From the NCBI GenBank assembly GCA_030248215.1, contig JASANG010003494.1:62001-126000 (forward strand): 64,000 nucleotides of DNA, given 5' to 3'. This document shows positions 52,998 to 64,000 of this stretch, piece by piece. This DNA comes from Enoplolaimus lenunculus. Lineage: Eukaryota. A program made the position numbers and the translations under genes. Positions within the stretch are counted from its first letter, which is position 1; each line of letters opens with the position of its first letter. The notes below the pieces were generated by a model. The model ran no database searches. It had not been told where the DNA came from and saw nothing but the letters and a program-made list of their open reading frames with translations.

Positions 52998-55900
52998 CCC
53001 GTCCTTATTCAAAACTGGTTTGTCATGTATAAGAGCGCTTACCTTCATATGTTTATGTCATAAACAGAACATTTGTATCATTTCTTGTCGCTTCCTTCAT
53101 ATTACACCCTTATTCACAATATAGAAACTGCATTTATGTGTTTGCTTGCATACGCCACAACTGTATAAACTTTAACGACGTTGCTAAGCCAGACGAGGTC
53201 CATTGAAGCTCAGTCCTTCCTGGAAAAATTTGACCCGGCCCCGTACAAAATTGTCAACCTTGCTTGTAAGTCATGGAACCGTCTTGTATGTCCCTGCTGA
53301 AAATTTTTTAGTGTCCCCTAGCTACATGATCTGGCTATAGGCGTGGTTGGCACTCATACCCGCGGAACTAATCAACAAGTTTACACTGAAAAATTAGCTA
53401 AACAAATTTCAGATCTCGTTTTAATATTCCAACTACTTGTCGCTAGTTAAAGCTTCGTTGAAGAATTTAATTTCAAACCAAATATGGCAATATTCTTATC
53501 AAGTGAGTCTATGAAGTTTGCACGAGGTCGTGGCTTTCGGGTTTGGTTTGTTGTCAACTAACACCTAAATTAAATGTTTTTACTAAACCTGATCTGATGT
53601 TTACTAACCAGACTGATACTTGTTTTGTTCCGAACCGGCTGACTTCCGGCTGGCGTTGTTAATCGTAGGAAATATTATTAAGCATAGGCTTGTAAACTTT
53701 GAGTTGGGCTTATAAGCTTAGGTTGAGAGTTGTGACATCGGGCCGTCGCACCCGAAAAAAATTTTGCGGCTGGCTCCGCACTCAAAATAATATTTCTGAT
53801 ATTTAAGAAAAAATTTCTTACATTTAAGAAATATGATTAGAAAGGCGCACATGAAAATTACTTCTGTTATAACGGAAAAGTTTTCAAAAAAGTTTTGAAA
53901 TAAAGTCTGAAAATAAACGTTTTATAGATATTTTTAGAAAAATTGTCTTAAATATCAGAAAAACGTTTCAGATTTGCCACAGAATATACTTTTCTGTAAA
54001 CATTTAGAAATTATTTTTTGTGTGCGGCGTTCAGCGGCATTGGTTCCCGAGCGTACATTGCTGAACAACTCTTAGTTTCGCTTGCAGTTAAGGATAAGCG
54101 AAACTTAACGCACTTTACGGTTTAAGAATTAACATGGACGTATAGTTTGGATCATGCCTATCTTGTTGGTTTCTCAAATTTGATGACTTGATCCAAAATG
54201 TTTCGGCATTTGCGGACGTACTAAATAACTTAGAGACTATCAGATCTGGAGGCTTTTAATTTGAAATGCTGTAACTGCACAAGACGCTCTAGTCTCCTAT
54301 GGGTCGTCGCCTTATCACCGTGTGTCACTCGGATTGATTTAACAAATTTTAGGCCTGCAAAATTTGAATAAATTCCGAGTTATCCTAAATTTATCAGAGG
54401 GCTTAAATTAACGAAGCAACACTAGTGTGCTGAATAATTTCGGCAATGGTGAGCAGTGGATGATTTCGTATCGAAAATAGAGTTCAGGTGAACCATATAG
54501 GCACCTAATATCGGATCACAACGCCCATGTAAAGATCAGAGGTGAAACGTTTTATTACAGGACTGCAATGAAGTAAGCTTACGTTTGAGACTAATTTGTT
54601 TTGCGTAGACTTAGGTTTAGGTGCAAGCCTATATTCTTACGTAAATGGTTAATCTTAGGCTCAAGATTAGGAATATGCTTATACGTCTGTTACAGCCCAG
54701 TTCTATACGTTGGCCACAACTGGTATCGATGGTTCTTAAAGAGGTTGGGAAAATCTCACGGGGCGTGGCGCCTCGGCCCTATAGATATTAGAGCCAATAT
54801 TAATTAAAGGGCGTAACAGTAGATTGAGCGTATTCCTAAGCCTAAGTCTAAGTCTAAGCGTTGCAAAAATGTGTTCTTAAGCCTAAGCCTAAGCCTAATC
54901 ATAAGCCTAAGCGTAAGCAAAAAATACAATACAGAATCTAAACCTACTCTTTTATGGACCTACCAGAAACCTGGACGCCCCTTAAACTAACATGGGCCGA
55001 TATTAAAATAGTTTTGGAAGAAATATATGCAAATGATTATTAATTGACCAATTTGTTCTTTTTAGTTTATTTTAGGGTTTAATCTTTAGCTAAAATTAAT
55101 ACTAACTTATATTAATGTTGCTAACTTTTAATAGTAACGAGTTATGTAACAGCAAAGTTAGCAATGTGCATATTAACAACAGGCATGGAACTGGAGTTTG
55201 CTCAAACCGAAAACTATTCGTTAAAAATGGCAAATTCAAAACTATTATTTTTAACTAAATTCGCTTGCTGAATAAATATTTTCGCATTAGCTGAAATCAA
55301 AAACATCCCGGCGATAATTGCAAATGGCAATATTCGTTCCTTCAACACGTAAGATCATTGTGTAATTCGTGCAGTGTTTCAGTGGTCAGTGCCCAAATCC
55401 AAGATTTCGCGTTATAGTGGATCAATAGACTTTTTGCCAAGCTAAAACTGTAAAAGTGGCTGACGTCAGCTTTCAAATTTTACGGTACTTTGAACGGATA
55501 AAAACGTTATATTGAGACTAGGACCCATATTCTCAAATGTGTGTAGCACCTATCGCCAGTTAGTAATAGGTCTTCAAACTAACGAACTGCTGCAATTGCA
55601 TATCTCAAAATTTGCAATTGACTAAACACAATGTAATAAATGTGCAAAATTCCAAACCTCACCATATACTGGTTCGAAAGTTATACAATACCTATCTCCA
55701 ACTGGTAATAGATGCTACACACATTTGAGAGCGCAGGCTTAGATTTTTCAGTACCAGGACGTGTTATAATCCTTTTTAACGATTACTTCGACAATACATT
55801 GTCAACTTTGAACCAGTCGTTTGAATCTTTAAACTTATGCTGGTGAAACTAATTCCTTTGGTTCCGTAACGGTTTTGACTTATCAAACTATAAATTAAAA

Positions 55901-56310
55901 GTGTACTCGTTGATAAAAATTAAAATTTCTGACAATCCAATTTGTGGTTGAAAGTTGAATGTGATGCTTATAACTTCATCTAAAATCAATACTGACAGGT
56001 TGTGTAACCGGATGTCCGTTTGCGGTTCCTGCATTTTTATATCCGTCTCCATCCGGAATACAGGCAATTGCTTTTTGTGTCAGCATCTACTGAGTTTGAT
56101 GTATCTAATGTTTAATGCCGTATGTTTCACTTATTTGAACATGTTTCATAATTTACACGTGGATTCTGGTGCACAAAAGTATATATGTTGTAGCGCATAG
56201 TGCTGCGGTGGGTATTGTGCTACGGTCATACAGATTGACTCCAAGAGTTTACTAAAAGTGCTTACTGCAGCGCATGCTATCTGTATACTTAGCATCTCTG
56301 CGCTACGAAA

Positions 56311-56614
56311 TATATGTCGTAGGCTATTCTGATACTCAGGCCAATTACTAATTCTCCTAGGCTAATCTGCTATTTTACGAATTAGCAGTTTGGCCTGGGT
56401 AAACTGCTATTAAACTTAAAGACCAATCTGACTGTTTGGACAGACGCAATACCGTTTGCCAGTCAGCGTTGATTTTTACATCATTGTTGTTTTGCGAAAT
56501 CTCACAATTGCACATTGGCTTCGCCTAGGCCCAAACTTCTATTTGCTTCGAATAGCAGATTGGCATAGGTCAATTGGTACTTGACGTGAATAGCGGATTA
56601 ACCTACGACATATA
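56311..56614. mobile_element. Inverted-repeat element, family unassigned
   Basis: TATATGTCGTAGG...CCTACGACATATA, with inner inverted motifs AATCTGCTATT/AATAGCAGATT. Confidence 0.65.
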
Positions 56615-58505
56615 CACTAATATATCAAACGCATATATGGGCAATTGGATTTCACACTGCAGTACCAAGGGTATTTGGCCAAAACATTAAACCAATCTTT
56701 TCCAAAGGTAATGCACTGGGGCTTAAATCTGGCGCTGTCGTTATCATATCGTATCCTTGAACCATTTGGCCCACGCGGATATGTCGAGTACGATAACTTT
56801 TTGCTCACTGCTCACTCGAATCCATTGTGGTGGAGTGTGTAACCCACACAGAGTGAAGCGCATCCTAAATTTGTCCAAGAACTGTTTACATAGGATTGTA
56901 AGAGTGTCCTTTGATCTCCTTTTAATAGCGGTTCCTTAATGCGCATGTCGGCCAATCTATAGAACAGGACCATAACAGTAGTATAAACATATTCTTAAGC
57001 CTAAGTCAAAGCCTACATGTAATAAGAAGCTTATACCTTAGCGTAAAGTCTAAACCTAAGCTTAAGGCTAAACAAAAGAATTGATCTAAAGCTTAAGTAT
57101 ACTCAATTGCGTTTCCACAAAAAAACGTTCCGCGCATGATCTTTACGTGGGCCCACACGTCTAACATAACATTTAAAATAACATAGCTTTAAGCATTAAA
57201 CTTTCGCGTCGTCTTAGGCTTAGTTTTACACTTACGCTGTGAAAACTGAATCTTAGCCTTATTAGGTACACTCTTAATTTTTGGTTGCCTTTACAATGAA
57301 GATTAGGGTCTATGTGTAAACCGAAACTTAGGAATATGCTCAATAATAGCTGCAGGCTGTTGTTACAAACCTAACAGTATTTACTGCTCAAAATAGCTAT
57401 GACATAACATTGTATATATTCACAGCGGCGGATCCAGAAATTGCTAGCGGTTGGCTGCCTGGCAAAACCTATAAAACTCAATTTTTACTGCATGCTATAT
57501 AAGTGAAAATTTTCTGTGGGGAAAAATTGTAACCTAGGGACCTAAACCATTTTATCACAATAACATTTCTGGCGGAGGCGTACGTTTACCTGCTGTGCCT
57601 TTGGATCCGGTAGTGTATATTTGCATGCATTTTATTTTAATAATTGTTATTGCTTGCACGGTGTTGCATAATTAATGTTACAAGTGTGGCTTTGTGTGTG
57701 TGTTTTGTTACATGTAAGCAACAAAACAGCTGCTGTTTTGATTTTTTGTTCTGCCGTCGTCGGCTTACGTCCACCTGAAATGAAATAAGAATTCAAATAA
57801 GACCAAATGATACTGTTTGTGCTTTAAGTTGGACTGAACGATGAGTTGAACATAGCTTAGCAGTGGTTGAACCAGAAATAATATTTGTAATGGTTGGGTT
57901 GCAGCAGGGTGCAACCGGAGGTGAAAAATACCGCAGCCGGAGGTTAGCGAAACTTGCCGAAGCCGAAGCCGGAGGTGAGGCGAAATTAGGTGGAAATGCA
58001 CCATCCAAGTTATACTGCGCTCACTAATGCCAAAAAAAGGCCCCCCATTTCAATACCTAGCTAACTTACGAACGCTCTCTAAAAATCAAAATTGTAGCTA
58101 GCTAAAAATGACCTGCAAAATAAAGCGACCGGGCAAAAATAGTGTATAAAAAACATCACCCTTTTAAAATACTGTGCAAAATGTGCGTTCAATGTTTAGC
58201 AACTGCAGGTTGCAGAGTCATGAGTTGAGCTCAATTTAAAGTCAAGTTGAGATTATGCAAAAGTATCGAAAATGAATAACCTTTTCAATAAAATTAATAA
58301 AAATTAAGTTACCTTACCATACATTTGATAAAGGCGAAATTTGTATATTTTGTTCAAACTAAAAAATTTGAGAAGCGTTTATTGGCAAGACTAAATGTTA
58401 TTTCAGTAGACTCTGCTTTGAACTTTTTTTGGAAACACAAAATATTGAGCAAAATATCTCCTTTATTCCTAGAAAATCTTTCTATCAACTATTGCTGAAT
58501 TTCAG

Positions 58506-58792
58506 CCACTCCTACTCGTTATCTTAAACGACTGTCTGACGTGTATCCGATGAGTTCGATAGACTCGGCGGCGGTCGCCTACTTAGATGCGTTTACGACC
58601 CCGGGATCGTCAGGGGTCACTGGGGACTCGTCGCTGCAACAACGACAGCAACGCCGTAAAACCATGGCAACTGCGTTGTTGCTAAGTGCCCGAGCGTCCC
58701 GTGATGCAACTAGTATCGACGTTGAGACCCTGTCGCCGGAAAATATTGAAAAGTTGGCTCGTGAGTACACAGAGCATGATTTTCCGGACTAA
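58506..58792 (+). CDS. Putative terminal exon of an unidentified gene
   Basis: atttcAG acceptor, GC-richer unique sequence, open ~95 codons (TPTRYLKRLSDVYPMSS...EKLAREYTEHDFPD*); upstream exons not found. Confidence 0.55.
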
Positions 58793-59458
58793 CAGTGAAT
58801 GTTTTGGCTAATTTTTTTTCTGAGTTTGAAGTGTTTGACTGAGATATACATATTATTTTTGATTATCAATTGACCAATTGGGTTGAAGTGAACTGACGCA
58901 GTAGTTTAGAATGTGCCTAAATTATATAACTAACCAGAGGAGGTATGTAACAGTGGCTGGGTTTCTGAAACCGTACTTAAATACAACTTTTAGCGGTTAG
59001 GTTCGCGCAAAGTAGTTACTTAACTTATAGGAAGGAAAATTTAAGTTAGGCAAATACTTAAAGTCGCGGATAAATTTGATATATTACAGCTTAACAGTTC
59101 AGGCATACTAATCTTGCTCTAATTGAAATTGTAGACTTATGGTGCATCGTTAATTAAAGCAAAACTATTACATTCTTGTTTTGTGACAATGGCTCACACT
59201 TAGCGGTTCTATGTTTCTGTTCAAAAAGATAAGTATTCACTTTAAAGTCGGCGACTTAAGTAATTTTAAGTATACCTTAACTACTTAAAACTTCAAAAAC
59301 CCGGCCAGTAATCCTGTAAATTCCTGGAAGGAATTTTTGCCAATTATGGCATATTATGAGAATTTTGTAACATTAAAGTGAGGCTGTTATCTGCTTAAAT
59401 TCTAAAACTCATAAAGAAATAAGAAGCATTTGATTACAACTGAAACCTAAGCTTTGTA

Positions 59459-59665
59459 CACTACAAAAAATGGTGAGTCAAATTGACTCTCTCCGAAATA
59501 GTTGTTCAGGACTACAGAAACTGAGTCAAATTTAACTCCACCAGAGTCAAGTCCAACTCGCTGAGTCGCACGTTTGACTTACGCGGAGTCGAATTTGACT
59601 CAAATTGTGTAGTCCCGTAGAGCCTATTTGGAGAGAGTCAATTTGACTCACTATTTTTTGCAGTG
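59459..59665. mobile_element. Palindromic CACTA-type MITE
   Basis: ta|CACTACAAAAAATGGTGAGTCAAATTGACTCTCTCC...GGAGAGAGTCAATTTGACTCACTATTTTTTGCAGTG|ta. Confidence 0.88.
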
Positions 59666-62266
59666 TAGTGTTGTTTAGCTTAGGACAGTTACTGTACGAC
59701 ACTGCTGCAAAAAATATGTGTTTGGTTCGAACAGGAGCCCAAGCAATCTCGCAAACTCGACACAAATTCAAGAATTAAATTTTAAAATATTCGCAAACTT
59801 TAGAAGAGTACTGAAAAATGGGCCAATGTTACTTTAAGAGGCGTAACAGTAGATGAAGCGTATTGTATAGCATAAGCCTATGCGTTGCAAAAAGGTGTTC
59901 CTAAGCCTAAGCCTAAGCAAAAAGATGTAAAAGATGTAATCTAGAATCTAAACCTACTCGTTTATGGATCCACCCGAAGCTTGGACGCCCCTTAAAGTAA
60001 CATGGACCGTCGCATTTAATCAGGGACCGACCGGATATTTTGTCCTGGCTTAATATCCGGTAAAAACCGGCACACGTATCCGAATAAAGCATATATTATA
60101 CCCAATGCCAGATACAGTTATGGTCCAAAACTTTACTGAACGGAAATGTTTTCGCCCAATTTTTTCAACAGTTCTGATCGGCTAGCAGAAATGCCTACAA
60201 AAGTATCGCAGCGGCCAAAACATTTCGTATATATAACCATGAAACCGAGAGTGTACTGTGTGATTCCTTAGTCTGTACATATTTTTCACGGTTAGGGAAT
60301 TGGAGATTTAGAGTCTAAAAAATCATAAGTTAATATTTAGAAGAAAAATGAATTTAGTATGTACATAACTGTGCAGTTTTCCGTTTGTTTGGTTGACAAG
60401 AAGCGGCGTAGCTGTTGTTGTTTATGAGAAGCTGAGTTTGGAACTTTTACTATTTAGTGATTTGTTTGAAAGTTAGGCCAACATATAGATTAGGGTCGTA
60501 ACATTAGTATAAGCAAATTCCTAAGCCTAAGCCTAAGCCTACGCGTAGGGATAAACTTATGTCTAAGTCTAAGCCTAAGCAATGAATAGTCTAAAGCTTA
60601 AGCTTACACTACTGCAGGTCTACGGAAATGCAGTTCGCCTCTGAGCTTTTCACGGGTCCAAATTTAGAAGATGGAAAAATTAATATTGCAGACAATTTGG
60701 GATGAGGAAGTTCGAAAACACTTATCCAGCGGTTTCCTTCAGAAAATTTAAAATTAACCCTTTCACTCATAGGGTATATTATGAGCAACTAAATACAAAT
60801 TATATATACGAGCAATACAGACACTGTGAGCAGTGTTTAACAAGTGTAATATATGCCTAGTTGCGAAATCTCCACAAGACGTGGCAGCCCCTTCGAGCTC
60901 GATGGCCAAGCTGCTACGGCTGAGTAGTCACCGTAAACGCCTCTCACCTGAGAGACTGGGGATCGAATCTTACCTTGAAACTATATCTCATATGAAATTG
61001 AAAATATTCATGTGAGAAAGGGTTAAAAAATTAATTTTAACAAGTTACATACGCATCCTACACTATGCCACAGCCTACACTCGGAACAGTTGTCGCTGTC
61101 AGGATAATAAATCAGTTTCGCATTGAAGTGTAAGTGCATGTAAAGGGTACTCGACCGCGGGATGGAGGCCGTTTGAATAATTTTTCGCGAAACAAACATT
61201 GGGAGACTACTGCAATTTGAACGATAATTCAAAATTGAGATTGTTAAAAATCATAATTGCAATTTTTTCTTCAATTTTTTTCTCGTTGACGACGTTTAGT
61301 GTTCATAAGATCAGAAGCCGATAAGAACTAATTTTTCTAAATTTTAAATTCAAAATAAACTGGTTTTGAATTTTCGCAAAAACAGCAAATATTCATGTTT
61401 TTCCACTTGACCTCAAATTTGTCGTATCTTTCGAAAGTTTCACTTTTAATATAAACTTGGTTTATTTTTCAAATTAGGATCTGATTTTTCGTCTGTTATT
61501 CATACTCCCATGATTTGCTACTGTCCTGTGAAAGTGTAACGTTCCGCGCAATTGTGTTATTCTTTCCTTTATGACGGTCAGCATACAACGGGGAGCCAGA
61601 AGGCTCAGTCCTGTTGAGAAATTTTACCCCCCTTAGAAAGTTTTCAACCTTGCTTGTAACTCATTGAAAACACTTAAATGCCCCTCCTGAAAGTTTTTTA
61701 GCCGCCTGTCTAGCAAGGTGAGCAGGCTACATGCCTGATTTATGAACCCTTATTTTCAACTAGTAACCACGGCCTAATTTTTAGCTGTAAAGTGTTATTT
61801 ACTAATTCCTAACCAGTTGGTTGCGTGGCAGGGCGCAACCGGAGGTGAAACATACCGGAGCCGGAAGTGAACGAGCTAGCTACGGGCCTGGCAAGGAGCC
61901 GTCCAGTATCGTTTGGCGTATCTGGCCCCGTCCCCGGCATCGCACGCCAAGTATAGCGCCACCCGTACCTTAGGGCGTATGCTTTTAAAAATAATCAAGG
62001 ACAGAGTCAAGTACGTAATGGACAGTGATTAGTTTGCTAATTTTGAAACACTTTTTGACTGCATTTAAGCTAAATACCGTAATTAAGGACAATATTCAAC
62101 GTTTGATTGAAATCAATATGTTTGGTGCGAGCGGATACGTTTATAGTTTACGCAACTTGAATAGTGAATTTGTGTCGGAATTTTCAAAGCGGATGCTGGA
62201 TTCGTTAGTTATTACTGGTAACAATCAAATATATGTTATCGATAAAGGCAAGCGAGTGCATGGTTT

Positions 62267-64000
62267 GTAAGGATGTGAGACATGCATGCTAGTCCAGGTG
62301 CATAAGGATGTGACACATGCATGATCGTCCTGGTGCATAAGGATGTGAGACGTGCGTGCTCGTCCTGGTGCATAAGGATGTGAGACGTGCGTGCTCGTCC
62401 TGGTGCATAAGGATGTGAGACGTGCGTGCTCGTCCTGGTGCATAAGGATGTGAGACGTGCGTGCTCGTCCTGGTGCATAAGGATGTGAGACATGCATGCT
62501 AGTCCAGGTGCATAAGGATGTGACACATGCATGATCGTCCTGGTGCATAAGGATGTGAGACGTGCGTGCTCGTCCTGGTGCATAAGGATGTGAGACGTGC
62601 GTGCTCGTCCTGGTGCATAAGGATGTGAGACGTGCGTGCTCGTCCTGGTGCATAAGGATGTGAGACGTGCGTGCTCGTCCTGGTGCATAAGGATGTGAGA
62701 CATGCATGCTAGTCTTGGTGCATAAGGATGTGAGACAAACATGCTCGTCCTGGTGCATTAGGATCTGAGACATACATGCTAGTCCTGGTGCATAAGGATG
62801 TGAGACGTGCGTGCTCGTCCTGGTGCATAAGGATGTGAGACGTGCGTGCTCGTCCTGGTGCATAAGGATGTGAGACGTGCGTGCTCGTCCTGGTGCATAA
62901 GGATGTGAGACGTGCGTGCTCGTCCTGGTGCATAAGGATGTGAGACGTGCGTGCTCGTCCTGGTGCATAAGGATGTGAGACGTGCGTGCTCGTCCTGGTG
63001 CATAAGGATGTGAGACATGCATGCTAGTCCAGGTGCATAAGGATGTGACACATGCATGATCGTCCTGGTGCATAAGGATGTGAGACGTGCGTGCTCGTCC
63101 TGGTGCATAAGGATGTGAGACGTGCGTGCTCGTCCTGGTGCATAAGGATGTGAGACGTGCGTGCTCGTCCTGGTGCATAAGGATGTGAGACGTGCGTGCC
63201 CCTGTGCATATAGCCCGTCCTGGTGCATAAGGATGTGAGACGTGCGTGCTCGTCCTGGTGCATAAGGATGTGAGACGTGCGTGCTCGTCCTGGTGCATAA
63301 GGATGTGAGACGTGCGTGCTCGTCCTGGTGCATAAGGATGTGAGACGTGCGTGCTCGTCCTGGTGCATAAGGATGTGAGACGTGCGTGCTCGTCCTGGTG
63401 CATAAGGATGTGAGACATGCATGCTCGTCCTGGTGCATAAGGATGTGAGACAGGCATGCTAGTCCTGGTGCATAAGGATGTGAGACGTACGTGCTCGTCC
63501 TGGTGCATAAGGATGTGAGACGTGCGTGCTCGTCCTGGTGCATAAGGATGTGAGACAGGCATGCTAGTCCAGGTGCATAAGGATGTGAGACATGCATGAT
63601 CGTCCTGGTGCATAAGGATGTGAGACGTGCGTGCTCGTCCTGGTGCATAAGGATGTGACATATGCATGATCGTCCTGGTGCATAAGGATGTGAGACGTGC
63701 GTGCTCGTCCTGGTGCATAAGGATGTGAGACGTGCGTGCTCGTCCTGGTGCATAAGGATGTGAGACGTGCATACTCGTCCTGGTGCATAAGGATGTGAGA
63801 CGTGCGTGCTCGTCCTGGTGCATAAGGATGTGAGACGTGCGTGCTCGTCCTGGTGCATAAGGATGTGAGACGTGCGTGCTCGTCCTGGTGCATAAGGATG
63901 TGAGACGTGCGTGCTCGTCCTGGTGCATAAGGATGTGAGACGTGCGTGCTCGTCCTGGTGCATAAGGATGTGAGACGTGCGTGCTAGTCCAGGTACATAA
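62267..64000. repeat. 35-bp satellite, ~49 copies, running off the window end
   Basis: Unit cataaggatgtgagacgtgcgtgctcgtcctggtg, with recurrent variants. Confidence 0.97.

Noticed and set aside
62225..63963. 567-aa and 394-aa ORFs
   Set aside because: Translations of the 35-bp satellite, cycling through all three frames

Overview
Eukaryotic, AT-rich, intron-containing DNA, almost certainly from a nematode: TTAGGC telomere-type repeats, TTTCAG acceptors, a cuticlin gene and an NLP-12-like neuropeptide gene. A large-genome, early-branching (clade I, e.g. mermithid) species is only an inference. Hand-spliced genes: an 8-exon, 401-aa CUT-1-like ZP-domain cuticlin (27545-38667, +), a single-exon CCK/sulfakinin/NLP-12-type neuropeptide precursor (8462-8740, -), a probable small two-TM orphan gene (1751-3688, -) and a few orphan exons. 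The rest is a dense mosaic of non-autonomous DNA transposons (MITEs) and tandem repeats. The dominant element, about 30-35 copies by eye, is a ~160-380 bp MITE with GGCC-ended TIRs and 8-bp TSDs whose interior is built from telomeric (GCCTAA)n repeats. Several tandem arrays were born from junctions (MITE end plus flank, exon end plus splice donor). No transposase, CRISPR array or rRNA was seen. Most ORFs in the supplied track are read-through of repeats.
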